Of a stretch of DNA of 64,000 bases, positions 23,790 through 33,723 are shown one piece after another. The notes below the pieces were generated by a model that was not told where the DNA came from, ran no database searches, and worked only from the letters and a program-made list of their open reading frames with translations. The stretch comes from an uncultured Candidatus Peribacteria bacterium (GTDB lineage Bacteria > Patescibacteriota > Gracilibacteria > Peribacterales > Peribacteraceae): the NCBI GenBank assembly GCA_964632395.1, contig CAZWES010000004.1, positions 120-64,119 of the forward strand, written 5' to 3'. Within the stretch, counting starts at the first letter, position 1. Every line of letters begins with the position of its first letter. The position numbers and the translations under genes were made by a program.

Positions 23790-25134
23790 GCTGCCACGTA
23801 TCTTACAGGCACTCGGATCAAAAAACCGTCTTGCCGGCGGTGCCCTCATTCTCGCCCTCACCCAGTTCGGTGCCTCATTTGCCGGCCTAATCCGCGATCG
23901 TGTGCTCGCGGTCACGTTTCCTCCGGGAGCGGATCAGCTTGACGTTGTTTCCGTTTACATCGCATCGTTTCGTCCATCTGATCTTTTGATACAGATGTTC
24001 ATACTTTCCGGATTCGTAGCAGTCTTAACTCCACTGCTCGCTTCACATCTTGCACATGAAAAAAAGGAGGAGATGGACAGCCTGCTTACAAGCGTCACAG
24101 TCATCGCAACTGCTGCTTTTGGAGTGATTGCATTACTGCTTGTAATCTTCTTCGAGCAGCTCGCACCGCTTTTCACAGAATTCACAGGCGAAAAACTTTC
24201 GATGTATATCAAATTTGGAAGACTCGCATGCCTTTCAAATGTTCTATTCGTGATCGGCTATGCGTTTGGTCAGTATGAAGTCACGCACAGATGGTTTTGG
24301 GTTTATGGGATCACGCCAATTATCTACACATGCGGAACTATTGCTGGTGCAATTCTTTTGACACCGATCATCGGTCCGTTCGGTCCGATTGTGGGAACAG
24401 TCACCGGCGCAGCTTTGTACACGATTATCCGTATCATAGATTGCGTGGTTCGGCATGATGGCTTCCGAGTCAGAATAAAACCATTCTGGCATCCCGAACT
24501 CATCACAATGGGTGCGTTAATGGTTCCGCCAATGCTCGCGCGTGGCGCTGGGCAATTAGAGCTGCTTCTTTTTGACCGCGTTGCATCCGGTCTTCCTTTA
24601 GGTTCCGTCACCATCAACGCATACGCTCGCAACTTTCAGGCCGCGGCAGTTGGAATAATTGGAGTTGCACTCGCACAATCTGCGTATTCGCTTCTTTCAC
24701 AGGCGATGGCAAAAAATGAGATCAAGCGTTTTTGGATCTATCTAAAAAAGGGATCAATGCTTACGGTCGGCGCATCAGTCATCGCTTTAATAGCATTGAT
24801 ACTACTTTGTAAATTTGCAGCGTGGCTTGTTCATCTCACAGAGCCTGGAATTGAGGAGGTCTTCATCGTAGTTCTTGGAATTTATGCTTTGAGTATTCCG
24901 TTTGAGAGTCTGAATCATCTTCTTTTAAGAGCGAGCTATGCGACTAAACACACGGCAGTGCCAGCGTGTTTGACAATCCTCAATGGCTTAACTGCAATTG
25001 CCATCGCCTGGATTTTTGCACCGGCGTATGGGGTTTATGCGATTGCGGTTGGGTTTGGTGCGGGGCAGCTTGTGCAGGTTGTGGGGTTGTGGGGGTTTTT
25101 GAGGTTGAGGATAAAAGTGCCTGCTTCATTCTGA
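23788..25134 (+). CDS. murJ: Lipid II flippase MurJ/MviN-like polytopic membrane protein
   Basis: About 14 TM helices. N-terminal GASFAGLIRDRVLAVTF resembles the MurJ SRxLGxxRDxxxAxxFG motif. The start is placed at ATG 23788 (MLPRILQ...). Confidence 0.6.
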   Translation: MLPRILQALGSKNRLAGGALILALTQFGASFAGLIRDRVLAVTFPPGADQLDVVSVYIASFRPSDLLIQMFILSGFVAVLTPLLASHLAHEKKEEMDSLLTSVTVIATAAFGVIALLLVIFFEQLAPLFTEFTGEKLSMYIKFGRLACLSNVLFVIGYAFGQYEVTHRWFWVYGITPIIYTCGTIAGAILLTPIIGPFGPIVGTVTGAALYTIIRIIDCVVRHDGFRVRIKPFWHPELITMGALMVPPMLARGAGQLELLLFDRVASGLPLGSVTINAYARNFQAAAVGIIGVALAQSAYSLLSQAMAKNEIKRFWIYLKKGSMLTVGASVIALIALILLCKFAAWLVHLTEPGIEEVFIVVLGIYALSIPFESLNHLLLRASYATKHTAVPACLTILNGLTAIAIAWIFAPAYGVYAIAVGFGAGQLVQVVGLWGFLRLRIKVPASF

Positions 25135-25536
25135 GTTGAACATCCGTCTCAATAGTTGATCGTTCATGGCAAGTTCCTCATCAGTGGGCTCAGGTTCCTT
25201 ATCAGAGGGTTCTGGTTCTCGTAAGGATTCAATTTTCTCTGCAAGTAATTCTTCAATTGTGCATACTGTCGTCATATCAAATTCATATACATGTTGTGGA
25301 CCACTTGCCATTCTTCCGGGTACTCTGTCCGGATTAGGTTTTTTTTGGAGTAGTTTGTGTTCCTGCATCGTGTCCAAAAGTATGCTGACCATCCTTCGCC
25401 CAACTCCCATTTCTGCGGCGAGTTTTTGGATTATCGGAAGCTTAAGGGACTCTTCGGTTGTTACCATTGCGTGTACAAGCCTTTTCTCATTATCCTCAAG
25501 CCGTGCGTAAAACAATTGTGCGTTTCCTTCTGACAT
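25126..25536 (-). CDS. Hypothetical protein, possible winged-helix DNA-binding
   Basis: 136 aa. The central IIQKLAAEMGVGRRMVSILLDTMQEHKLL looks like a helix-turn-helix. Acidic tail. Confidence 0.4.
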   Translation of the reverse strand: MSEGNAQLFYARLEDNEKRLVHAMVTTEESLKLPIIQKLAAEMGVGRRMVSILLDTMQEHKLLQKKPNPDRVPGRMASGPQHVYEFDMTTVCTIEELLAEKIESLREPEPSDKEPEPTDEELAMNDQLLRRMFNSE

Positions 25537-25654
25537 TGCGCCAATTCTATAGAAAATTATTTTTTGTCCAACAATTTACTTGAGATTTTCAAGCGTTCGA
25601 AAATCGTCATTTTTGGGTTGTAATGCAGCAAATGAGGTATAGGATTTGCGATAA

Positions 25655-26041
25655 ATGGGATTAGATCAACAATCCACGGCAGAGGAATTGCTTGAGATAC
25701 AAGCAGATGACTTGGTGTTTGATTTTAAAGACGGAGAAGATGCGCAACTTAACGGAGCCAAAAATGCTCTTGCTCCAGTAACATTGAATTATTTATCGGA
25801 AAGGGGATTAAGTAGTATGATCAGGAAGAGAGATTCAATCGATCTTGAAACATGTATGAGTGCGTTATATGACTTTGATTTTGGTGAGCGCAAAAATCGT
25901 TTATTAAAGACTGAGGGGCAAAGACGCTTGCTTCCTCCAGAGGTTACTGCAATTGGTGAACAAGTAAATCGGGACTTAGTCAGATTGCGGAAGATGATGC
26001 TACAAAGAGCAGCCGATATAATCAGATCTAATGGTAGCTAG
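25655..26041 (+). CDS. Hypothetical protein (128 aa)
   Basis: Intact ORF with an ATG start. No motif recognised. Confidence 0.4.
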   Translation: MGLDQQSTAEELLEIQADDLVFDFKDGEDAQLNGAKNALAPVTLNYLSERGLSSMIRKRDSIDLETCMSALYDFDFGERKNRLLKTEGQRRLLPPEVTAIGEQVNRDLVRLRKMMLQRAADIIRSNGS

Positions 26042-26313
26042 AGATGTACTTTAAAATTCGTATGGTTCACATCCATCTCAGCTTTTTTTGAGCGCACATC
26101 ATCAACTTTTGCTGCAGATGGCCCATTCCCACACCACTCCACAAACTCCTTCAACTTCTCATCCTCTCCCTGTGCAAAAACCTCCACGCTCCCATCCGCA
26201 CAATTTTTCACCCAACCTGTTAGCCCAAGCGAGTCAGCTTTTTCTTTTGTAGTGGCGCGGAAGAAGACACCCTGGACGCGGCCGGTGATTTTTAGGTGGA
26301 TAGCTTCAGTCAT
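26038..26313 (-). CDS. acyP: Acylphosphatase
   Basis: ITGRVQGVFFRATTKEKADSLGLTGWVKNCADGSVEV contains the V-x-G-x-V-Q-G-V-x-F-R signature. Confidence 0.88.
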   Translation of the reverse strand: MTEAIHLKITGRVQGVFFRATTKEKADSLGLTGWVKNCADGSVEVFAQGEDEKLKEFVEWCGNGPSAAKVDDVRSKKAEMDVNHTNFKVHL

Positions 26314-26478
26314 GTTTTATAGAAATATGGTATCATTTTGATGTCTTTCCTGGGATGGAATCCTTTAAGGGGTCCATTCCGGTGCTGTTGTAACAGCCGA
26401 CGAGAAGTCCCTCTGGCGCCCATCAAGGGACTCTCTTTGTCGAGGTGCTGAGTTAATGATTGAGCATATAGTGTTATT

Positions 26479-26556
26479 CCAGGTCGCGCCCACGGAGGGG
26501 CGCTCTGCGTTTTGGAATTATTTCAACACGCAGAGCAGCCTTCCACGGCTGCGGCC
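26479..26556. repeat. Family B palindromic repeat, copy 2 (opposite orientation)
   Basis: CGCGCCCACGGAGGGGCGCTCTGCGTTTTGGAATTATTTCAACACGCAGAGCAGCCTTCCACGGCTGCGGCC. Confidence 0.85.
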
Positions 26557-26648
26557 AATGGAAAAACCAACTGGGTGCGGTCGTACAACACTGGGTGCGG
26601 TAATACAACACTCGCTCAACGTCCTCAGATACGCTATAATAGTAGGTA

Positions 26649-29087
26649 ATGGCAAAACGCTCACGAAAAGCAAAGAAACAATTCACCCGCAAAGTCACGC
26701 GCAGCAAACGCAACATTTTGTGGTTTAGTGAACTTGGTATAAAAGATGTGCCGCTTGTTGGCGGAAAGAATGCGTCACTTGGGGAGATGTATAGAAAGCT
26801 CGGGAAAAAGGGCGTGAGGGTTCCAAATGGTTTTGCGGTCACGGCGCATGCGTATTTTGAATTCATCAAAAAGGCAAAGATTGATGATGATATTCAGCGA
26901 ATTCTAAAAGGTCTGAATACGCATGATGTTGAGGATTTGGCGCGTCGCGGTCAAAAAGTTCGTCACACAATTTTGGACGCAGATCTTCCCAAAGATTTGG
27001 AAGATGAGATCATGGTCGCGTACAAAAAGTTTTGCAGGATGGAGAAAAAGGCGAATGTTGATGTTGCAGTCAGATCATCAGCTACTGCAGAAGATTTGCC
27101 GGATGCATCGTTCGCGGGGCAGCAGGAAACTTTTTTGAATATTCGCGGACGTGCGCATCTTTTGGAATCAGTTAAAAAGTGTTTTGCATCGCTCTTCACA
27201 AACCGTGCGATCAGCTATCGCGAAGATAAAGGCTTTGATCACTTTTCGATTGGCCTCTCTGTCACGATCCAGAAAATGGTCAGATCCGATATGTCTTCTT
27301 CCGGTGTGATGTTCAGCATAGATACCGAGAGCGGGTTCAAAGACGCAGTCCTTATCAACGGAGTTTATGGTCTTGGCGAGTACATCGTGCAGGGCATTGT
27401 CAACCCCGATGAGTTCTACGTATTCAAGCCAACTTTGAAGAAGGGTCTTAAGCCGATTCTTAAAAAGACTCTCGGATCCAAAAAGAAGAAGCTCATCTAC
27501 AGCCGTGAGGGGACAAAGGCGGTGGAGGAAAAATCTGTGGATCTCCCTGATCGTAAAAAGTTCTGTGTTACCGATGATGAAGTTTTGAAGTTGGCCGAGT
27601 GGTCATGCATCATAGAAGATCACTACGATAAGCCGATGGATATGGAGTGGGCTAAAGATGGAAAAGATGGAAAACTCTACATTGTGCAGGCGCGACCGGA
27701 AACCGTTCATTCGCAAAAATCCGGTGATGTTCTTGAGGAATACAAACTCAAAAAGTCAGGGAAGGTCCTGACTAAAGGACAGGCGGTCGGAAGCAAAATC
27801 GGAGCAGGAAAAGCCCGCGTGATCGAAGACGTCAAGGACATCGCAAAATTCAAAAAGGGTGAAGTTCTTATCACAGACATCACAGATCCGGACTGGGAGC
27901 CGATTATGAAAATTGCCTCGGCAATTGTCACCGATAAAGGCGGGAGGACTTCGCACGCGGCAATCGTTTCACGCGAGCTTGGCATCCCTGCGATCGTCGG
28001 GTGTGAGGATGCGACTGATGCTATCAAGACCGGAGCTGAGGTCACCGCATGCTGTGCGGAAGGAGAGGTTGGGAAGGCATATAGCGGATTGCTTCCGTTC
28101 GTCGTTAAAAAGACGAACATCAAAGGCCTAAAACGGCCGAAGACAAAAATTATGATGAATGTCGGAACGCCGGATATTGCCTTTAAAGTCTCACACATTC
28201 CAAACGATGGAGTCGGCCTTGCCCGCGAGGAATTCATCGTCACGGAATCTGTCGGAGTTCACCCGCTTGCGCTCATCAATTACAAAGATCAGAAAAAGGA
28301 CATCAAGAAAAAAATTGATGAGGTGATATCTGGTTACGATAGCCCAACTGATTATTTTGTGAGCAAGCTCTCCGAGGGAGTTGGAATGATTGCAGCTGCG
28401 TTTTACCCCAAACCTGTAATCGTCAGATTGTCAGATTTCAAGACGAATGAGTACGCAACCATGCTTGGTGGCGAGCAGTATGAGCCCGAAGAAGAAAACC
28501 CGATGCTTGGATGGAGAGGTGCTTCACGTTACTACGATCCTACATTCGCCAAAGCATTTGCACTTGAGTGCAAGGCAATGAAGCGCGTTAGGGAAGATAT
28601 GGGTTTGACTAACCTTAAGATCATGATCCCGTTTTGCCGAACTGTTGAAGAGGGGAAGAAAGTACAAGATGTGATGTCAAAACACGGTCTCAAGCGACAT
28701 CAAAAAGGACTTGAGATTTATATGATGTGCGAAATTCCATCCAATGTTGTTAAAGCGGAAGAATTTGCGAAGATCTTTGATGGGTTTTCCATCGGTTCAA
28801 ATGATCTTACTCAGATGACTCTTGGAGTTGACCGCGATTCACATCTTGTTTCCAGTATTTATGATGAGCGTGATCCTGCTGTTAAATGGATGGTCAGTCA
28901 CGCAATCAAGACTGCAAAGAAGTGCAAGTGCAAGGTTGGAATTTGTGGCCAGGGCCCTTCCGATCACCCTGACTTTGCTGCGTTTTTGGTTGAGTGTGGA
29001 ATTGATTCGATGAGTTTGAATCCGGATACGGTTTTGAAAACGACTTTGATGGTGTTGAAGAAGGAGAAAAGATGTAGTGGGAAGTAA
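26649..29087 (+). CDS. ppsA: Phosphoenolpyruvate synthase (pyruvate, water dikinase)
   Basis: 812 aa. N-terminal ATP-grasp region, phospho-His swivel motif GGRTSHAAIVSRELGIPAIVG, C-terminal PEP-utilising motif GFSIGSNDLTQ. Confidence 0.93.
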   Translation: MAKRSRKAKKQFTRKVTRSKRNILWFSELGIKDVPLVGGKNASLGEMYRKLGKKGVRVPNGFAVTAHAYFEFIKKAKIDDDIQRILKGLNTHDVEDLARRGQKVRHTILDADLPKDLEDEIMVAYKKFCRMEKKANVDVAVRSSATAEDLPDASFAGQQETFLNIRGRAHLLESVKKCFASLFTNRAISYREDKGFDHFSIGLSVTIQKMVRSDMSSSGVMFSIDTESGFKDAVLINGVYGLGEYIVQGIVNPDEFYVFKPTLKKGLKPILKKTLGSKKKKLIYSREGTKAVEEKSVDLPDRKKFCVTDDEVLKLAEWSCIIEDHYDKPMDMEWAKDGKDGKLYIVQARPETVHSQKSGDVLEEYKLKKSGKVLTKGQAVGSKIGAGKARVIEDVKDIAKFKKGEVLITDITDPDWEPIMKIASAIVTDKGGRTSHAAIVSRELGIPAIVGCEDATDAIKTGAEVTACCAEGEVGKAYSGLLPFVVKKTNIKGLKRPKTKIMMNVGTPDIAFKVSHIPNDGVGLAREEFIVTESVGVHPLALINYKDQKKDIKKKIDEVISGYDSPTDYFVSKLSEGVGMIAAAFYPKPVIVRLSDFKTNEYATMLGGEQYEPEEENPMLGWRGASRYYDPTFAKAFALECKAMKRVREDMGLTNLKIMIPFCRTVEEGKKVQDVMSKHGLKRHQKGLEIYMMCEIPSNVVKAEEFAKIFDGFSIGSNDLTQMTLGVDRDSHLVSSIYDERDPAVKWMVSHAIKTAKKCKCKVGICGQGPSDHPDFAAFLVECGIDSMSLNPDTVLKTTLMVLKKEKRCSGK

Positions 29088-29405
29088 AGTTTATGTATAT
29101 GTGATGTTTTATGGTTGTACAATGATCTAAATCGTAGATTTGCCGTAAGGTGATGAATTTGGACACAAAAAGACATTTATTTTTACTTAATATTTTGAGA
29201 TACTGGACGCGATCTTCCCTCTACTCACCATGGAAAATAAGCACGCCAATGATCGCGATCATAGACCAGCTTTTCATGTTGATAAAAAGCTCAGAGAGGC
29301 GGGGCAGCGTGCCGCCCAAGCTTTTGAGCAAGAGAGAAAGGATTTACACAAAGCAATTAATGAAAGACTACCGAAATAAGCATTCTAAGGAGACCTTTTC
29401 TTTTT

Positions 29406-29717
29406 TTATACGGCAATACCGTTATCCTGGACCTCTCTTGCGAGTGTGAAGAACTTGTTTGCGAGATCTTTCGGATGCAGACACACAGGTTCGATGCGGA
29501 GGTCGATACTGCGCCTGGCTTTTCGCAGCATTGTGTTTTCTTTGTGTTTTGTAGGCAGAAAAGGTTCACAAACCACAGCAATATCAATATCACTCTGTTC
29601 ATGGGCTTCGTTGCGGGCTACCGAACCGAATAATAGTACATTCGCAATTGGAAGATTTTGTTCAAGAAGTATTTCCTTAAATTTCCTTGCCATTGCTAGT
29701 CCTTCTTCGCGTGTCAT
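29406..29717 (-). CDS. Nucleotidyltransferase-domain protein (MNT / MntA-like antitoxin candidate)
   Basis: LFGSVARNEAHEQSDIDIAVV gives the G-S...D-x-D minimal NTase motif. A 4-nt overlap (ATGA) with the upstream HEPN gene. Confidence 0.8.
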   Translation of the reverse strand: MTREEGLAMARKFKEILLEQNLPIANVLLFGSVARNEAHEQSDIDIAVVCEPFLPTKHKENTMLRKARRSIDLRIEPVCLHPKDLANKFFTLAREVQDNGIAV

Positions 29718-30157
29718 GATGATTTTTCAAGGAGGGAAACATAATGCTCGGCCTGTTTGAGTCGGTTTTCCACATTCTCTTTTGTAGCTTCCTGAGATGT
29801 CCATTCCACATCGTCGTATCTTGCTGCGGTTGAATATCCTGAGAGATCATCCAGTTCATCCTTTTCATTTTCCTGCCAGTCCCAATCTATGCTTTCTGCC
29901 AAAAGTAGTAGGTCATGGGATTTGAGCGGCTCTTTTTCTTTTTGCTGAATGTAAGCGGCTTTAAGTGCTTTTTCGATTGCGAGGTGGCAGTGGAAAAGAG
30001 CGAGTGCATACTTACCATTTTCAAATCCCAACTTTGCCATTTCCAGAGCATCTTTTGCTCCCTGATGCCAGTGGCTCGAGGCTTGCTGCTGTGTCACGAG
30101 ATTATTATACCATGAGATTCGGTGTTGAATGGTATTGCCCTCTGTGAATCCCCTCAC
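29714..30157 (-). CDS. HEPN-domain protein (HepT-like toxin candidate)
   Basis: 147 aa helical protein. ALALFHCHLAIEKALKAAY is typical of the HEPN helices found next to MNT genes. Confidence 0.7.
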   Translation of the reverse strand: MRGFTEGNTIQHRISWYNNLVTQQQASSHWHQGAKDALEMAKLGFENGKYALALFHCHLAIEKALKAAYIQQKEKEPLKSHDLLLLAESIDWDWQENEKDELDDLSGYSTAARYDDVEWTSQEATKENVENRLKQAEHYVSLLEKSS

Positions 30158-30228
30158 AAACTGCCTCCGAGATCGCTTGAGTCATGCTTTTTGAGGTATA
30201 GACTGAATGCGTTATTCCCACAATCAGC

Positions 30229-31572
30229 ATGACCACTGCAACTGCTCAAACTCCATCCAAAACAGCCGATACAGGCCAAAAGGCTACGCCGTACACACGG
30301 TTCCTCACAAACCTGCATGAGGTTCTGGATCACATGGAGGCAAGCCGGGATGTGAGGAATATTTTTGAGTCTCCGCAGAATGTTCACAAAAAGGAGGTAG
30401 AGATCACACGTGATGATGGGACATCTTCAACTTACCCCGCATTCCGTGTTCAGTTCAACAACGCACGCGGGCCGTATAAAGGTGGAATCCGATTTCATCC
30501 TGATGCGGATTTGGAAGAGGTAAAAGCGCTTGCAGCATTGATGGCTATCAAAACTGCTGTGGTCGGGATTCCATTCGGTGGTGCAAAGGGCGGAGTTCAG
30601 TTCAATCCAAAAGAACTGAGTCTAAAAGAACTCGAGCGACTCTCGCGTGGTTATATGCGTGTGATGCAGGGTGCGCTTGGGCCGTATGTTGATTGTCCTG
30701 CGCCGGACGTGAACACCAATGCAATGATCATGGGATGGATGCGTGATGAGTACGAACACATGACAGGGGAGTTCGCGCCGGGAGTCGTCACCGGAAAACC
30801 ACTGGAATACGGCGGATCAATCGGACGTGATACTGCAACGGCGCGTGGAGGATTCTTCGTTTTGGAAGAAGTATTGGAAAGGATGGCGCTTGATCCAAAG
30901 GATCAGCGTGTTGCCATCCAGGGATTTGGGAATGCGGGTGCAGCAATTGCGCAGTATCTGCATGACCGCGGTTGCACGATTGTTGCAATCTCCGATTCGC
31001 GCGGGGGCGTGTATAGCGAGGAGGGGATTGATCCGGTTCGAATTATGAAGTACAAAAAGAAGACGGGGCAGGTTCGTGGATATTATTGCGAGGGATCTGT
31101 GTGTGATGTTGAGAGGCTGAATCTGGATAGTGCGGAACTCATAAACAATGAGGAACTTATCACCTGCGATTGCGATATTCTTATTCCTGCAGCTCTGGAT
31201 AACGTCATCACAAAAGAGAATGCAGGTGATATCAAAGCCAAGATAATACTTGAACTTGCAAACGGGCCCACGACTCCGGAGGCGGATAAAATTCTGGACG
31301 AGAAGAAAGTGAGAGTCATCCCTGATGTTCTTGCGAATGCAGGGGGGGTCACAGTTAGCTACTTCGAGTGGACACAAGGCAGGAGCGGAGAGCAGTGGAC
31401 TGCAAATAGGGTTGATGACGAGCTCAAACGGATCATTTTAGCTGCATATCGTGAGGTTCGTCGTGAAGCGCGTCGTGAGGGCTTAAGCTACAGAAAGGCT
31501 GCGTATCTGATTGGGGTCAAGAAGATGGCGGAGACGATGAAGGCACGCGGTTGGTGTGGCAACGGGTGTTAG
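30229..31572 (+). CDS. gdhA: Glutamate dehydrogenase
   Basis: Catalytic-Lys region IPFGGAKGGVQF. Dinucleotide fold AIQGFGNAGAAIAQ. Confidence 0.92.
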   Translation: MTTATAQTPSKTADTGQKATPYTRFLTNLHEVLDHMEASRDVRNIFESPQNVHKKEVEITRDDGTSSTYPAFRVQFNNARGPYKGGIRFHPDADLEEVKALAALMAIKTAVVGIPFGGAKGGVQFNPKELSLKELERLSRGYMRVMQGALGPYVDCPAPDVNTNAMIMGWMRDEYEHMTGEFAPGVVTGKPLEYGGSIGRDTATARGGFFVLEEVLERMALDPKDQRVAIQGFGNAGAAIAQYLHDRGCTIVAISDSRGGVYSEEGIDPVRIMKYKKKTGQVRGYYCEGSVCDVERLNLDSAELINNEELITCDCDILIPAALDNVITKENAGDIKAKIILELANGPTTPEADKILDEKKVRVIPDVLANAGGVTVSYFEWTQGRSGEQWTANRVDDELKRIILAAYREVRREARREGLSYRKAAYLIGVKKMAETMKARGWCGNGC

Positions 31573-31587
31573 TCTGGATAATTTTGT

Positions 31588-31630
31588 TTAGAACAAATGA
31601 TTGATAATTGATAATGGATAATTGATAATT
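31588..31630. repeat. GATAAT/GGATAAT short-repeat cluster (family D)
   Basis: ATGATTGATAATTGATAATGGATAATTGATAATTAGG. Related clusters at 23586-23610 (coding) and 42545-42577. Confidence 0.7.
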
Positions 31631-31636
31631 AGGTCC

Positions 31637-32554
31637 ATGTACGATGTAATTATCGTTGGGCTTGGATGCGCGGGCTACACCGCAGCGGTTTACTCTGCGC
31701 GGTACAAACTCAATACTTTACTGGTTGGGCAGGAAGAAGGTGGGATGGGGATGACTGCGGCGGAGGTGGGGAACTGGCCGGGAGACATAGAAGTAAAGGG
31801 TCCGGATTTGATGCAGCGGATGAAGGAGCATGCGGTGAGCTTTGAGGAGGTCACTGAAAAACTTGCAAAGGTTGAGGCGGTGGAGAAAATATCAAATGGA
31901 TTCAAGGTAACGATGAGTGGTGGTGAAACTGCTGAGTCAAAAGCTTTGATCTTTGCAACCGGATCCGTGAAACGTCATCTTGGCGTTCCGGGTGAGGAAA
32001 AGCTCTCCGGCAAGGGTGTCACATACTGCGCAACGTGTGATGCTTTCTTTTATAAAGGAAAGGATGTTGCAGTAATAGGAGGAGGGGACAGCGCTGTAGA
32101 AGGTGCTGCAATTGCTGCACAGGTTGCGAACAGAGTTTATCTCGTACACCGTCGCGATAAGTTTCGTGCAGAGCCCTATTGGGTAGAAAAAGTCAAAGAG
32201 CGCGATAATGTCACATTGGTTTTGGAGAGGAATGTCATGGAAGTTTTGGGTGAAGAGAAAGTTGAAGGAGTCAAACTGGATAAACCTTTTGAGGATTCAG
32301 AAACTCTGAAAGTTGACGGAGTCTTTATAGAAATTGGCGCGAATCCTTCAGTCGATCTCCCCAAGTCACTCGGTTGCGAGATTGATGAAAAAGGATTCCT
32401 TGCGGTCAAATCCGATATGAGCACGTCAGTTCCCGGAGTCTTTGGAGCGGGAGACGTCACAAATGCTTCCAATTATTTCGCACAATTTGCGACTGCGGCG
32501 GGGGAGGCGGCTGTTGCGGTTTATGGGGTGTTTAATTATCTGCAGGGGGGTTAA
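31637..32554 (+). CDS. trxB: Thioredoxin-disulfide reductase
   Basis: FAD site VIIVGLGCAGYTAA, redox centre CATCDAFF, NADPH site GGGDSAVEGA. The start is placed at ATG 31637; the ORF is open from TTG 31622. Confidence 0.92.
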   Translation: MYDVIIVGLGCAGYTAAVYSARYKLNTLLVGQEEGGMGMTAAEVGNWPGDIEVKGPDLMQRMKEHAVSFEEVTEKLAKVEAVEKISNGFKVTMSGGETAESKALIFATGSVKRHLGVPGEEKLSGKGVTYCATCDAFFYKGKDVAVIGGGDSAVEGAAIAAQVANRVYLVHRRDKFRAEPYWVEKVKERDNVTLVLERNVMEVLGEEKVEGVKLDKPFEDSETLKVDGVFIEIGANPSVDLPKSLGCEIDEKGFLAVKSDMSTSVPGVFGAGDVTNASNYFAQFATAAGEAAVAVYGVFNYLQGG

Positions 32555-32755
32555 GGTGGCGCGGGTGCATCCGGTTGTTTTGCATGAATGAGATACGGTT
32601 TGTGATTTTAAATGTGTCCGAAACGGCAGGATCGCTCGCGCTGGGACAAGCATCTCTGACACAAATCTTCGTTCAAGTATTCTTGTCCCTGCGCGAGCGG
32701 TCATGTGCCAGTCGCGCTCCGCGCTCCGGCACATGACACACCCGCGCCACCTTAA
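32551..32755. repeat. 205-nt compound inverted-repeat structure filling the trxB / DMT-transporter intergenic region
   Basis: Outer perfect 17-bp IR TTAAGGTGGCGCGGGTG (32551-32567) / CACCCGCGCCACCTTAA (32739-32755). Inner 18-bp IR at 32633-32650 / 32682-32699 with 1 mismatch. 10-bp IR GTCATGTGCC / GGCACATGAC at 32700-32737. Confidence 0.85.
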
Positions 32756-32762
32756 GTGATGT

Positions 32763-33668
32763 ATGCTACGGCGGATTATGTGGTTTTTGTATGCCCTTTT
32801 ATCGCCTGTGTTTTACGGAGCAGTAAACGTGACTGATTCAATTCTGGTCAAGAAATATACGAAGAACGCAATGGCTATTCTTTGGGCGTTGGGAATAGCC
32901 AAGATTCCTATTGTGGTGATAGTACCTTTTATTATTGATGTGCGATCAGCATGGATGTTGCCTGTGGTGCTAACCAGCCTGCTCGCATATGGAGGCGATT
33001 TTTTGTACTACCGGGCAATTCGCCGGTTGGATGTTTCTGTTATGAATGCAGGGTGGGCAATTCTTGCAATAGTTATAAGTATTGGTGGGTTTATATTCTT
33101 CGGCGAATCATGGAATGCGATGCAATCTGTTGGTGTGATTATGGTATTGGGTGGAGTAATTTTGCTTTCGGTTTGGCATAAGAATATTCCAGTAATATGG
33201 ACAGCCTGCATGTTTCTTCTCATGTCCTTTGCATATGCTCCGGGACTTCTAGTTCAAAAAGCATCACAAGTGGATGGTGCACACATAATAGTAATTCTGT
33301 ATTGGTTCTTCTGTACAAAAGCATTTGTACAATGTTTATTTCCTATCCTTCGAAAGCACTGGCGGCGAACAGTGATTGACGAGATATTCCCGTTAAAGTT
33401 TTCTTTCAGTTTGTTCATCTTTTTTGGCGTCATATTCTGGATTTTGGGTGCCTTTTTCAGCATTTTGGCTTTCAGGACTGGTTTCGTCTCTCTTGTATCA
33501 GTCGTGGGCAACGTTCAACCGTTTGTTGTGATATGTATGGCATTGATTATTGCCAGCCTGCTTCCTGCATATGCTCCAAAGGAACTCCTCACAACCCAAT
33601 CCGTTCAAATAAAGCTCGTAAGCTTTTGCATTGTATTTGCAGGCCTTGCAATGCTTGCGGTGGGATAA
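32763..33668 (+). CDS. EamA/DMT-family transporter
   Basis: 301 aa and about 10 TM helices in two similar halves. Typical DMT topology. Confidence 0.65.
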   Translation: MLRRIMWFLYALLSPVFYGAVNVTDSILVKKYTKNAMAILWALGIAKIPIVVIVPFIIDVRSAWMLPVVLTSLLAYGGDFLYYRAIRRLDVSVMNAGWAILAIVISIGGFIFFGESWNAMQSVGVIMVLGGVILLSVWHKNIPVIWTACMFLLMSFAYAPGLLVQKASQVDGAHIIVILYWFFCTKAFVQCLFPILRKHWRRTVIDEIFPLKFSFSLFIFFGVIFWILGAFFSILAFRTGFVSLVSVVGNVQPFVVICMALIIASLLPAYAPKELLTTQSVQIKLVSFCIVFAGLAMLAVG

Positions 33669-33723
33669 GTTTTCCGTAGATACTGATTGGCATTAGAGTG
33701 TTGCAGTTGTAGCGTATATCCCC

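Noticed and set aside
29150-29449. 99-aa plus-strand ORF after ppsA, and the overlapping minus-strand ORF 29357-29602.
   Set aside because: The region is AT-rich and the ORFs have odd composition. They overlap the well-supported nucleotidyltransferase gene or its 3' region, and no motifs are present.
31588-31630. GGATAAT / GGATAG clusters as DnaA boxes marking oriC. ATGGATAAT resembles TGTGGATAA.
   Set aside because: Matches are only 7/9 to the consensus. The clusters are scattered (23586, 31588, 42545, 49758) rather than concentrated next to dnaA, and one is inside a coding region. They are treated as a repeat family instead.
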